Counted from the first letter of the stretch, positions 1-8,966 are shown. The stretch: DNA of 64,000 nucleotides from Candidatus Azambacteria bacterium (GCA_016213445.1 JACRAJ010000001.1:206203-270202); one strand, 5' to 3'. Program-made: numbers and translations. The notes: generated from the sequence alone by a model not told the origin.

Positions 1-2
1 AG

Positions 3-290
3 AAAAAGGATCAGCTTGAAAATTCTCTTCAAAACGAACAAAAAAACATAGAAAAAGAGATGAGTGAAGCTGACCAGAAAAAAGAAGAACTTGAGCAGAA
101 AGAAGAACAAGAGGCAATAGAGGCGGAGGAAGCAAAGGAGGCTGATGAGCCGGAAGAGGTTGAAGAACCAAAGGAGGCCGCAAAACAGCCGGAGGCAGAA
201 GAAAAAGATAACAAGAAAGATAATTCTCAAAATTCAAGTTCCTCAAATCAGGGCGATCAAAATACCACCAAGACGGAAGACAACGAGTAA
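3..290 (+). CDS. 3' end of an acidic Glu/Lys/Gln-rich low-complexity protein (5' end outside window)
   Basis: Frame open from window edge to TAA 288-290; translation ...KKDQLENSLQNEQKNIEKEMSEADQKKEELEQKEE... is coiled-coil-like; no recognisable domain. Confidence 0.5.
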   Translation, partial: KKDQLENSLQNEQKNIEKEMSEADQKKEELEQKEEQEAIEAEEAKEADEPEEVEEPKEAAKQPEAEEKDNKKDNSQNSSSSNQGDQNTTKTEDNE

Positions 291-366
291 GATTCACAAA
301 TTAGAATCGTTGGTAAAGAAAAAATTTTCTTTCCGGAAAACGCCGGATGGGCGCGCAAATTCGAAG

Positions 367-395
367 TTGACAAATATTTTTTTACGGTATAAACT
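367..395 (+). promoter_or_regulatory. sigma70-type promoter upstream of nusA
   Basis: TTGACA (367-372), 17-nt spacer, TAAACT (390-395); about 110 nt upstream of nusA ATG. Confidence 0.5.
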
Positions 396-423
396 GATAA
401 AGATAATTCAGACATGACTTTTT

Positions 424-449
424 GAGTCCGCCGGCGCGCGGACTTTATT
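424..449 (+). promoter_or_regulatory. GC hairpin plus T-rich tail inside the nusA leader (attenuator/terminator-like)
   Basis: GTCCGC (426-431) pairs with GCGGAC (438-443), followed by TTTATT; lies between the predicted promoter and nusA. Confidence 0.4.
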
Positions 450-505
450 AATAAAAATTCCGTATTTTTAGAAATTAGAAATTAGGATTTAGAAATTTAT
501 AAATT

Positions 506-2092
506 ATGGATTTAAAACAATTCGCTTCGGCTTTAAGCCAAATTTCCGAGGAAAAAGGCATATCTCCGGAAAAAGTGCTTGAAACCATAGAAATCGCTCT
601 GGCCGCGGCTTATAAAAAAGAATACGGCGAAAAAGGCCAAATCGTTAAGGCTAAATTTGATCCGAAAACGGGAGACGCGAAGTTTTCCCAGGTTAAAATT
701 GTCGTTGACCAGTCGATGTTGAAACCGGAAGGCGAGGAAGAGGAAGGCGGGGAATTGCCCCTCGCTAAAACCGCGGAGGGCGAGGAAGGCGAGAAAAAAA
801 TAAAATTTAACGCCGAGCGGCATATTATGCTCGATGACGCCGAAGAAATAAAAAAAGGCGTTGCGGTTGGCGACGAGCTTGAATTTCCGCTTGAAACTCA
901 TGAAGATTTCGGCCGTATTGCCGCCCAAACGGCCAAACAAGTTATTATCCAGCGAATTCGCGAGGCGGAAAGAGAAGCGGTTTGGAATGAATATAAAGAC
1001 AAGGAAGGCGAGCTTATCAGCGGCCTCGTGCAGAGAATCGAGCCTTACAATATTTTTATAGATTTGGGAAAAACCGTAGCCGTTTTTCCAAAAGAGGAGC
1101 AGGTGTTCGGCGAAAAATATTACGTCGGCTCCAGAATGAAATTTTATATTTTAGCGGTTAATTCCGACCCGAGAGGGCCGGGCATAGTTTTGTCGCGCTC
1201 TCATCCGAAAATGATTTCGAGGCTTTTTGAGCTTGAAGTGCCGGAAATCGGCGCCGGAACGGTTGAAATAAAATCAATCGCGCGCGAAGCCGGAAGCCGC
1301 ACGAAAATCGCCGTGGCGTCGAATGAAGAAGGCATTGATCCGATCGGTTCCTGCGTCGGCCAAAAAGGCACTCGCGTGTCCGCGGTTATTTCGGAAATCA
1401 GCGGCGAAAAAGTAGACATAATCGAGTGGTCGGAAGATCCGGAAATTTTCGTTTCCAACGCAATGTCGCCGGCCAAAGTTATGAAAATTGAAATTATGCC
1501 GAATCGGCATGCGGCGAAAGTTTTCGTTCCGGAAGACCAGTTGTCTTTGGCGATTGGCAAGGCCGGCCAGAACGTTCGTTTGGCCGCCAAGCTTACCGGC
1601 TGGAAAATCGACGTGGCCGGCGCCGCCATCGCAATGGGCGCGCTAAAAGAAAGCAAAAGTTTGGAAGATTTGGAAGGCGTCGGTGAAAAAACCGCCGCGG
1701 CTTTGCGCGGCGCCGGTTTTAACACTCCTCAAGATATTTTAAATTCTTCGATTGAAGAAATTAAGGGAATCGAGGGAATCGGAGAAAAAACCGCGGAGAA
1801 AATTTTCAAATCGGCGGGCGATTTGCTAGGCCGAAAAGAAGCGGAAAGCGAAGAAATTGCCGCGGAAGGCGAGCCGGAGTCGGCGGAAGAAATTAATAAA
1901 GAAACTCGGGAAGAGGAAAAAGTTGTTGAAAAGGCGGCTGAAGCGGCGGAAGAAGAGCTTGCCGCCGAAGCGAAAGAAAAAGACGAGGCCGAAGGGCTTT
2001 CCGAATCGGAATTGTCGCAGGCGGGATACGAAACCGAACCGTCGGCCGAAAAAGAAATCGAGGAAGACTTAAAACCGAAAGACTTTGAGTAA
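506..2092 (+). CDS. nusA: Transcription termination/antitermination factor NusA with long acidic C-terminal tail
   Basis: N-terminal NusA domain, S1 region, two KH motifs (GSCVGQKGTRV, LAIGKAGQNVRLA), HhH repeats (GVGEKTAAAL, GIGEKTAEKI), then ~90 aa Glu/Ala/Lys-rich tail. Confidence 0.95.
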   Translation: MDLKQFASALSQISEEKGISPEKVLETIEIALAAAYKKEYGEKGQIVKAKFDPKTGDAKFSQVKIVVDQSMLKPEGEEEEGGELPLAKTAEGEEGEKKIKFNAERHIMLDDAEEIKKGVAVGDELEFPLETHEDFGRIAAQTAKQVIIQRIREAEREAVWNEYKDKEGELISGLVQRIEPYNIFIDLGKTVAVFPKEEQVFGEKYYVGSRMKFYILAVNSDPRGPGIVLSRSHPKMISRLFELEVPEIGAGTVEIKSIAREAGSRTKIAVASNEEGIDPIGSCVGQKGTRVSAVISEISGEKVDIIEWSEDPEIFVSNAMSPAKVMKIEIMPNRHAAKVFVPEDQLSLAIGKAGQNVRLAAKLTGWKIDVAGAAIAMGALKESKSLEDLEGVGEKTAAALRGAGFNTPQDILNSSIEEIKGIEGIGEKTAEKIFKSAGDLLGRKEAESEEIAAEGEPESAEEINKETREEEKVVEKAAEAAEEELAAEAKEKDEAEGLSESELSQAGYETEPSAEKEIEEDLKPKDFE

Positions 2093-2127
2093 AAATTTAA
2101 AATCAATGTAATTAACATTATCGCGCT

Positions 2128-4167
2128 ATGTTTAATTCTCTTTTTATTTCTTTGTTCTTTCCGTTCATCGCTTTGGTTTTCGCGGCGTATTTCATTTATT
2201 GGATAATGAAAAAAGATCAAGGGACGGATGAAATGAGACGCGTTAGCGATGCCATTCGCGAAGGCGCCGGCGCCTTCATTAACCGGCAGTATCGCGCTAT
2301 CGGGTTGATAAGCGTTATCGCGGCTTTGAGCCTTTGGGCCGCTTATTATCTATTCAACAAACCAATGCTTGGCTGGCAAATGGCGTTGGCATTTATTTTT
2401 GGCGCCGCATCTTCGGCGGTTTCGGGAATCATCGGCATGGCTATCGCGGTTCGCGCCAATTCGCGATCGGCCGCGGCCGCCAAGAGAAGCTTTAATGAAG
2501 CTTTAACTGTGGCTTTGCGCGGCGGAGCGGTTTCAGGACTGACAATCGTGGCTTTAAGCTTGATCGGCATCGCCGGTCTTTTCGGCATTTACAGGCTTTT
2601 CGGTTATGAGGCGATAAAAATTCCCTCTTTAATCGTCGGCTACGGATTTGGCGCTTCGCTGGTGGCGCTTTTCGCCCAGCTTGGCGGCGGAATTTACACG
2701 AAAGCGGCGGACGTCGGCGCCGACTTGGTCGGTAAAATCGAAGCCGGTATTCCGGAAGACGATCCGAGAAATCCGGCGGTGATTGCCGATTTGGTCGGCG
2801 ATAATGTCGGCGATTGCGCCGGCCGCGGCGCCGATCTTTTCCAGTCGACGGCGGCGGAAAACGTGGGCGCGATGATTTTAGGCGTGGCGCTTTTTCCGTA
2901 TTTCGGGATTTCCGGAATTATGTTTCCGCTGGTATTAAGAGCATTTGGGCTTTTGGCCGCCATTATCGGCGTTTTGTTTGCCAGAGCCAAAGAAAATGAC
3001 AATCCGATGAAAGCTTTAAATAAAGGTTATTTTATCACTTCCGGATTGGCGGCTTTGGCGTTTTATTTCATCACCCAAAAAATGCTCGGAAATATGTGGT
3101 TTTTCTGGGCCGGCTTGGTAGGAATTTTAACCAGCCTTATTTTCGTTTATATCACCCAATATTACACCGAAGCGAGATTTCGGCCGGTGAGAGAAATAGC
3201 CGAAGCGAGCCAGACCGGCCACGCCACAAATATTATCACCGGATATGCCGTCGGCCTCGAATCAACCGGATTCACGGTTATCGCCATTTCTTTCGCGCTT
3301 TTATCTTCATATAAATTCGGGTCGCTTTCGGGGATTCCTGGCGGCGGACTCTATGGCACGGCGGTTGCCACAATGGGAATGCTTGCCACCGCGGCGTATA
3401 TTTTGGCGATGGACACATTCGGCCCCATTGTTGACAATGGCGCCGGCATTGCCGAAATGGCGGGCGAATCCGGCCACATGCGAGACGTGATGGATAAACT
3501 GGATTCAGCCGGCAACACCACCAAAGCGCTCACCAAAGGCTATGCCATCGGTTCGGCCGCTTTGGCGACTTTTCTTCTTTTTTTGGCTTATTTGGAAGAA
3601 ACCCATCTCCAGGCGGTTGACTTGGCGAAAGTAGAAGTTTTTATAGGGGCGCTTTTAGGCGCGGCTTTGGTTTTTATTTTTTCATCTTTGGCGATTCGCG
3701 CCGTCGGGAAAGCGGCTTACGCCATAATTAACGAAGTGAGGAGGCAGTTTAAAGAAAATCCGGGCATCATGGCCGGTTCCGAAAAACCCGACTACTCAAA
3801 AGCGGTTGGCATTACCACCGGCGCCGCTTTGAAACAAATGATTTTGCCGGGAATTTTGGCCGTTGCCGTTCCGATTGCCGTTGGCCTTACGTTAAGGGCG
3901 GAAGCCGTAGCCGGATTGATTATGGTCGGCACCATTGCCGGCATTTTAATGGCGACATTTATGAACAATGCCGGCGGCGCTTGGGACAACGCCAAAAAAT
4001 GGATTGAAGCCGGCAATTTAGGCGGCAAAAAATCCCCAGCCCATCAGGCGGCCGTGACCGGCGACACCGTTGGCGATCCGTTCAAAGACACCGCCGGCCC
4101 CTCGCTTCATGTTTTAATCAAATTACTTTCCACCTTAACCCTCGCCCTCGCCGCCTTGTTTGTTTAA
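2128..4167 (+). CDS. hppA: Membrane-bound H+-translocating pyrophosphatase, K+-independent type
   Basis: GGGIYTKAADVGADLVGK and DNVGDCAGRGADLF motifs, many TM segments; GNTTKA (Lys variant) is the published K+-independence signature. Confidence 0.95.
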   Translation: MFNSLFISLFFPFIALVFAAYFIYWIMKKDQGTDEMRRVSDAIREGAGAFINRQYRAIGLISVIAALSLWAAYYLFNKPMLGWQMALAFIFGAASSAVSGIIGMAIAVRANSRSAAAAKRSFNEALTVALRGGAVSGLTIVALSLIGIAGLFGIYRLFGYEAIKIPSLIVGYGFGASLVALFAQLGGGIYTKAADVGADLVGKIEAGIPEDDPRNPAVIADLVGDNVGDCAGRGADLFQSTAAENVGAMILGVALFPYFGISGIMFPLVLRAFGLLAAIIGVLFARAKENDNPMKALNKGYFITSGLAALAFYFITQKMLGNMWFFWAGLVGILTSLIFVYITQYYTEARFRPVREIAEASQTGHATNIITGYAVGLESTGFTVIAISFALLSSYKFGSLSGIPGGGLYGTAVATMGMLATAAYILAMDTFGPIVDNGAGIAEMAGESGHMRDVMDKLDSAGNTTKALTKGYAIGSAALATFLLFLAYLEETHLQAVDLAKVEVFIGALLGAALVFIFSSLAIRAVGKAAYAIINEVRRQFKENPGIMAGSEKPDYSKAVGITTGAALKQMILPGILAVAVPIAVGLTLRAEAVAGLIMVGTIAGILMATFMNNAGGAWDNAKKWIEAGNLGGKKSPAHQAAVTGDTVGDPFKDTAGPSLHVLIKLLSTLTLALAALFV

Positions 4168-4213
4168 TTGTCTGTGGATAGTTTGTTTGGCTGTTTTATT
4201 GTAGAATTATGGA

Positions 4214-4747
4214 ATGGAAGATCGGGGTTTTATAAACATCGATAAAATTGTTGATCAGCTTGATATAAAGCCTAATATGACGGTTGCCGATTTTGGCGCC
4301 GGGCACGGTTTTTTTTCCATTGCTTTTGCAAAGAGAGTCGGTTTGTCCGGCCAAGTTTACGCCATAGATGTTTTGCCGCAGGCGCTGGAAGCGGTGCGTT
4401 CCAGAGCTAAGCTTGAAGGCTTGTTTAATATAAAATTAGCGCAGGGAGATTTGGATAAGCCGCGGGGTTCATCGCTTGAAAATGAAAGTTGCGACGTTGT
4501 TTTTGTCGCCAATGTCTTGTTTCAGGTTCAAAACAAGTCCGCGCTGATAAATGAAGCGAATCGCGTTTTAAAAAAAGACGGAATATTGGCGGTTATTGAA
4601 TGGAAACCGTATATTAGCCTCGGTCCGCAAAAAGGCGCGCGACTTTCGGAAGAAGAATTAAAACAGCTTGTTATCGCGAGCGGCTTTGGCGACGCGAAAC
4701 AAATTGACGCCGGCACGCATCATTTTGGTTATATTTTTAAAAAATAA
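4214..4747 (+). CDS. Class I SAM-dependent methyltransferase
   Basis: Motif I VADFGAGHGFF, Rossmann-type spacing, 177 aa; substrate unknown. Confidence 0.8.
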   Translation: MEDRGFINIDKIVDQLDIKPNMTVADFGAGHGFFSIAFAKRVGLSGQVYAIDVLPQALEAVRSRAKLEGLFNIKLAQGDLDKPRGSSLENESCDVVFVANVLFQVQNKSALINEANRVLKKDGILAVIEWKPYISLGPQKGARLSEEELKQLVIASGFGDAKQIDAGTHHFGYIFKK

Positions 4748-4865
4748 AATTTTCAATTTCTGATTTCTAAACAATTTCCAATAAACCAGTGTTTTAAACG
4801 CTTAATAATTAAAACATTGAATCATTGTTTGAAAATTGAAAATTGAGAATTGAAAATTGAAATTT
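4748..4865. repeat. Family C: AT-rich heptad-periodic imperfect palindrome filling the gap up to 16 nt before the next ATG
   Basis: 5' arm AAATTTTCAATTTCTGATTTC... faces 3' arm ...GAAAATTGAAAATTGAGAATTGAAAATTGAAATTT; right half ~85% identical to 36585-36636. Confidence 0.7.
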
Positions 4866-4881
4866 AAACATCAATGAACAA

Positions 4882-6207
4882 ATGAACATAGGAGCACATC
4901 AAATTACCCGCGGAACGCTGATTATCGCCGGCATCGTTATTTTTATTTTTCTTCTTTTGTCATTGATTTTTTTGGGCGTGTTGCCCGGTTCGCGGCCGGC
5001 AACCCCATCGCAGATAACGCTTGAATTTTGGGGGCTTTTTGACGGTTCGGCCGTTTGGCAGCCGATTTTCGACGCTTACAGAAAAGCCAATCCCAATGTT
5101 TTTTTCAATTACGTCCAAAAAAATCCCGACACTTACGAACGGGATTTGGTTGAGGCTTTGGCTTCGGGCAAGGCGCCGGATATTATAATGTTTCATTCTT
5201 CATGGCTTCCGAAACACGGCAATAAAATTTCTCCGCTTCCGGAAACGCTGATGAATATGAGGAATTTTCAGGAAACTTTTCCCGATGTCGCCACCGCCGA
5301 TTTTGTTTCGCAAAATAAAATTTACGCCTTGCCGGTGTGGACCGATGTTTTGGCGATGTTTTACAATAAGGATTTGTTCAACGCCGCCGGTATCGCCGCG
5401 CCGCCGAAAAATTGGGACGACTTTATCAAGGTTGTTAAAAAATTATCGGCGAAAGACAAATTCGGAAATTTGACTAAATCCGGCGCCGCTATCGGCGCGG
5501 CCGATAATGTTAATAACGCTTCGGACATTTTAAGTTTATTAATGCTCCAGGCCGGCGCAAAAATGATAAGCGACGACGGCAGGGAAGCGGCTTTTGATCG
5601 GCTGGTTGCCGTTGACGGATCGAGGTATAATCCCGGCGAATCGGCTTTGCGATTTTATACCGATTTTGCCAATCCTCTTTCCACCGCCTATGCCTGGAAT
5701 AATAATTTTCAGAATTCTTTCGACGCTTTCGCTTCCGGCCAAACGGCGATTATGTTGGATTATGCCGTAAATATGCCGCGCTTAAAACAACGGGCGCCGA
5801 ATTTGCGCCTGGGCGTCGCCCCGGTTCCCCAGCTTGCCAACGCGTCCAAATTTGTCAATTACGCCGATTTTTGGGGATACAGCGTTTCTTCCGCGTCGAA
5901 AAACTCTTCAGCGGCGTGGAATTTTTTAATTTATTTGACCGGAAAAGACATGAATAAATATTTTTCAAACACAGTTTCAAGGCCGGCTTCGCGGCGCGAT
6001 GTTTTAAGCGAAGAACAATCGTTGCCCGACATCGGAATTTTTGCCGAATCGATTTTATCGGCCGCGAATTGGTATCAAGTCGATCCGCCGGCGATTGACG
6101 GCATATTTAAAAGTATGATCAATGCTGTTGTGTCGGGAGGCGCCAAACCGGCCGATGCGATTGCCGACGCCGCCGCTCGAGTTTCATCATTAATGAGAAA
6201 ACAATGA
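4882..6207 (+). CDS. Extracellular solute-binding protein (ABC family-1-like), orphan, N-terminal membrane anchor
   Basis: 441 aa, N-terminal TM (IIAGIVIFIFLLLSLIFLGVL), size and aromatic-rich pattern of sugar-binding SBPs; no permease/ATPase genes adjacent. Confidence 0.65.
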   Translation: MNIGAHQITRGTLIIAGIVIFIFLLLSLIFLGVLPGSRPATPSQITLEFWGLFDGSAVWQPIFDAYRKANPNVFFNYVQKNPDTYERDLVEALASGKAPDIIMFHSSWLPKHGNKISPLPETLMNMRNFQETFPDVATADFVSQNKIYALPVWTDVLAMFYNKDLFNAAGIAAPPKNWDDFIKVVKKLSAKDKFGNLTKSGAAIGAADNVNNASDILSLLMLQAGAKMISDDGREAAFDRLVAVDGSRYNPGESALRFYTDFANPLSTAYAWNNNFQNSFDAFASGQTAIMLDYAVNMPRLKQRAPNLRLGVAPVPQLANASKFVNYADFWGYSVSSASKNSSAAWNFLIYLTGKDMNKYFSNTVSRPASRRDVLSEEQSLPDIGIFAESILSAANWYQVDPPAIDGIFKSMINAVVSGGAKPADAIADAAARVSSLMRKQ

Positions 6208-7055
6208 ACCTTGATTTTTTAAAAGGCCTCGTGCCTTGCGGAACGAGCTACGCGCCCCATGCTTGCACGGTTTGCGATTTTTTCGCCTTGGCTCAAAACA
6301 TCATTAATTTTATGCTTTTTATTTTCGCGCCTTTGGCGACGCTCATGGCGATTTACATCGCTTTTATTTTTTTATTGTCCGGCGGTTCGCCGGCAAAAAT
6401 CACTGACGCCAAAGAAAAACTGCGGCTTTTGGTTTTGGGCATTTTTTGGGTTTTGGGTTCATGGCTGGTTTTAAACACGGTTTTGAACTTTGCCGTTGAT
6501 AAAAGCGTTTTCCCTTGGCCTTGGAATCGGGTTGTGTGCGAAGTCGCTCCGCCGCCCGTTGTTCAGCCGCCTGTCAGCCAGCCGCCCGGCGCCGGCGAAG
6601 GAAAATTCGGCGGCGGTGGCACTGAAGGAACCGCAGGTCCGGAAGGAACGCTGACCGAACAGGAAGCGAGAAGCACGCTTCAAAATTCGGGTATCACGAT
6701 TAATAAAAGCGCTTGTCCGACAGGCGTCAGATATCAAGACGTTTCGGGCGGTTGCACTTCGCTTGACGGCATAAGCGCTTCAACAATAGCGCAGGCGATT
6801 CAATTAAAAAACCAATGCAATTGCAATTTTACGATTACCGGAGGAACGGAGCTCGGACACGCCGCGGGAGCGGCAGGTCATTCCAGCAGAAACAAGTTAG
6901 ATTTGGGTTTAAATCCGGCGCTGGACCAATATATTCAGAATCACTCCACCTATATAGGTGTAAGAAGCGATGGCGCTTTGCAATACCAGACACCGAACGG
7001 AACGATATATGCGAAAGAGGGCACTCATTGGGATGTAAAATTTCCAAATTTGTGA
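6204..7055 (+). CDS. Fusion protein: TrbC/VirB2-like 'pilin' membrane domain + Pro/Gly linker + putative LAS/M15-type zinc peptidase domain
   Basis: N-term LVPCG..C..C...two TM...LLSGGSPAKITDAKEKL like the two downstream pilins; linker PPPVVQPPVSQPPGAGEG; C-term ITGGTELGH..GHSSRNKLD (H-x6-D) and THWDV. ATGA overlap with upstream gene. Confidence 0.6.
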   Translation: MNLDFLKGLVPCGTSYAPHACTVCDFFALAQNIINFMLFIFAPLATLMAIYIAFIFLLSGGSPAKITDAKEKLRLLVLGIFWVLGSWLVLNTVLNFAVDKSVFPWPWNRVVCEVAPPPVVQPPVSQPPGAGEGKFGGGGTEGTAGPEGTLTEQEARSTLQNSGITINKSACPTGVRYQDVSGGCTSLDGISASTIAQAIQLKNQCNCNFTITGGTELGHAAGAAGHSSRNKLDLGLNPALDQYIQNHSTYIGVRSDGALQYQTPNGTIYAKEGTHWDVKFPNL

Positions 7056-7077
7056 AATAAATCCCACATGATATAAT
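7050..7077 (+). promoter_or_regulatory. sigma70-type promoter placing the start site at the pilin ATG (leaderless)
   Basis: TTGTGA (7050-7055, includes the upstream stop codon), 16-nt spacer, TATAAT (7072-7077), 7 nt, ATG 7085. Confidence 0.55.
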
Positions 7078-7084
7078 ATAAATT

Positions 7085-7429
7085 ATGAAAATAAAAACTT
7101 TTTTGATTTTTTCGTTATTTTTTGTTATATTGTTAAGTGCTGGCGCGGCGTCGGCGGATATAACGCTTCTAAATCCTCTGGGAAGCGCCGGAAGCGATAT
7201 CCCCACTTTAATTAACAGGATTGCCGTGTGGCTTTTGGAAATCGGAACCATTATCGCCACAATCGTAATTCTCTGGGCGGCAATTATTTTTATGACAAGC
7301 GGGGGCAATAAGGAAAGAGTGACGAAGGCGCGGCAAATGTTATGGTATGCTATAATCGGAATTGTGATTTTGCTGGTAGCCACGGGGTTGACGAGCGTTA
7401 TTCAAAAATTTTTAAGCGGCCAATTTTAA
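7085..7429 (+). CDS. TrbC/VirB2-like small 'pilin' (Patescibacteria pilin family)
   Basis: Signal peptide, then LINRIAVWLLEIGTIIATIVILWAAIIFMTSGGNKERVTKARQMLWYAIIGIVILL: two TM helices around an SGG..K..AK motif. Confidence 0.75.
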   Translation: MKIKTFLIFSLFFVILLSAGAASADITLLNPLGSAGSDIPTLINRIAVWLLEIGTIIATIVILWAAIIFMTSGGNKERVTKARQMLWYAIIGIVILLVATGLTSVIQKFLSGQF

Positions 7430-7502
7430 ATTTAACAAATTAATAATTAACAATTAATAATTTTAGCCACAGGCGAACTCGTCTCTGGCGAAAAAAACAA
7501 TT

Positions 7503-7853
7503 ATGAATAAAAATGTTTTTAAAAAAGCAGTGGCGGGAATAACATTTGGTTTCGCGCTTTTGCCGTTTTTAGCGTTGGCGCAGGTACCCGGCGTCCCCGG
7601 TCCGATTATTACCAGTCCGCAGAGTATTTTTACCATACTTAACAACGTTTTGAATTTTCTTGCGGCGGCCGTTTTTGTCATCGCCATAATTATGCTGCTT
7701 TACGCGGCGATATTATTTCTTACGGCCGGCGCCAGCGAAACTGTTCACGCCAAGGCAAAAAGCGTTTTAATGTATGCCATTGTGGGCATTGTGGTCGCAT
7801 TGTTGACTTATTCGGTGATACCGTTTATCCAAAACTTCTTTTTAGGCAAATAG
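7503..7853 (+). CDS. TrbC/VirB2-like small 'pilin', second paralog
   Basis: Signal peptide ...ALA/QVPG, then FLAAAVFVIAIIMLLYAAILFLTAGASETVHAKAKSVLMYAIVGIVVALL; same architecture as 7085-7429. Confidence 0.75.
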   Translation: MNKNVFKKAVAGITFGFALLPFLALAQVPGVPGPIITSPQSIFTILNNVLNFLAAAVFVIAIIMLLYAAILFLTAGASETVHAKAKSVLMYAIVGIVVALLTYSVIPFIQNFFLGK

Positions 7854-7883
7854 AGTCGATTTAAGCGGCAAATTTTGAAAAAA

Positions 7884-7908
7884 GCCCCGCCTTGGCGCGG
7901 GGTTTTTT
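7884..7908 (+). terminator. Rho-independent terminator after the pilin genes
   Basis: CCCCGC (7885-7890) / GCGGGG (7897-7902) stem followed by TTTTTT. Confidence 0.8.
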
Positions 7909-7913
7909 GTTGT

Positions 7914-7942
7914 TTGACAGGAAATTTGATGTGGTGTATAAT
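7914..7942 (+). promoter_or_regulatory. Consensus sigma70 promoter for the 8001-8855 gene
   Basis: TTGACA (7914-7919), 17-nt spacer, TATAAT (7937-7942); followed by ~50-nt leader with GGAGGTG. Confidence 0.75.
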
Positions 7943-8000
7943 ATGGGGAAAGATAAAAAGGAGCATTGCTCTTTAAATTTTAAAATATCGGAGGTGTTTG

Positions 8001-8855
8001 ATGAAGAAGTATAAGAAGTTTTTGGCCTTCTTTTGGGAAAGAAGGCGATGCATTTTTACGCTGCTTTTAGCGGCGGCTGTATTTGTTAGCGGTTTCAAGT
8101 CGGCTCTGTGGCTGGAAGGCTACAAGAGCTTGAAAAGGGAAGTAATCCAATTGCGCGGGCAATTGGACAAATGCGAAAAGGCGCGGTCGAAAAAACCCGC
8201 GCCGCCTGTCGCAAAAAAGGCGGCGCCGGCTCCAAAAAAACTGATAAAACCCGCGGCGAAGTATGTTGAGCCCCCAGCCGCAAAAAAAGCGGCGCCTGTC
8301 GCAAAAAAAGCGGCGCCGATCATTCCGGCGACCATACCTCCGCACACTTTGCGACTGAACGTCGTAGAGTGGAGCGATTCGCTTAGCGGCGAGTCGCGGA
8401 AGATCGGCCCGGCGATCCGCAAAGGGTTGGCCGACGGCTCGGTAAAGCGGGCTTCGGCGCCGATTAGGTTCCGGATCGAATGGCGGCAGGGCGCGGCGCG
8501 GCTCGCCGGAAAGACCATAATGGTCAACGGCGAGAAAAAAACGCTGCCATCGAATTTTGCCGACGGCGGTGCTATCGAAGTGCTTGTCCGTAGCGGACAG
8601 GCGACTATCGAGCTTGATGCAAGCGCGATAGGGCCGGAAACCGTTTTAGTTGTTCACCCGCCGCGGGACGCGCGCCTGGCGTCGCCTCCGGACGAATTGC
8701 CTTTGATAACTACCCCCGGAGAATTAGAGGGGCAGATTAGCAAAGGCTTTCAGGTGATAAATTTCAATTTTGTTTTATCGCCTGGTAAGAGGGCGAACAC
8801 CTATTCGCCCTCATATAAAGGGCCGCCTTATACGCTGGCCCCGGATGGACAGTAA
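8001..8855 (+). CDS. Membrane-anchored hypothetical protein with Ala/Pro/Lys repeats; GC-rich relative to neighbours
   Basis: ATG 8001 preceded by GGAGGTG (7990-7996); N-terminal TM, coiled segment, KKAAPAPKK/AAKKAAPVAKKAAP repeats, ~190-aa C-terminal domain of unknown function; own promoter and terminator. Confidence 0.7.
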   Translation: MKKYKKFLAFFWERRRCIFTLLLAAAVFVSGFKSALWLEGYKSLKREVIQLRGQLDKCEKARSKKPAPPVAKKAAPAPKKLIKPAAKYVEPPAAKKAAPVAKKAAPIIPATIPPHTLRLNVVEWSDSLSGESRKIGPAIRKGLADGSVKRASAPIRFRIEWRQGAARLAGKTIMVNGEKKTLPSNFADGGAIEVLVRSGQATIELDASAIGPETVLVVHPPRDARLASPPDELPLITTPGELEGQISKGFQVINFNFVLSPGKRANTYSPSYKGPPYTLAPDGQ

Positions 8856-8858
8856 TTT

Positions 8859-8893
8859 CGGAAAGCTCTAAGTTGTATCATTAGAGCTTTCCG
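8859..8893 (+). terminator. Hairpin terminator after 8001-8855
   Basis: 12-bp stem CGGAAAGCTCTA / TAGAGCTTTCCG followed by T-rich tract. Confidence 0.6.
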
Positions 8894-8966
8894 TCTCTAT
8901 CTTTATTTTTGTTATGCTAACGAAAATAAAGAAAGGGATTTTGGAAATTTTGAAATTTTAAAGAAT

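Noticed and set aside
145-417. 90-aa plus-strand ORF rich in Lys/Arg
   Set aside because: It is an alternative frame of the acidic-protein 3' end (GAA/AAG-rich DNA) and runs through the predicted nusA promoter, so it is most likely a frame artefact.
6835-7383. 182-aa minus-strand ORF across the pilin region
   Set aside because: It overlaps two well-supported plus-strand genes and their promoter. It has no start context or recognisable features.
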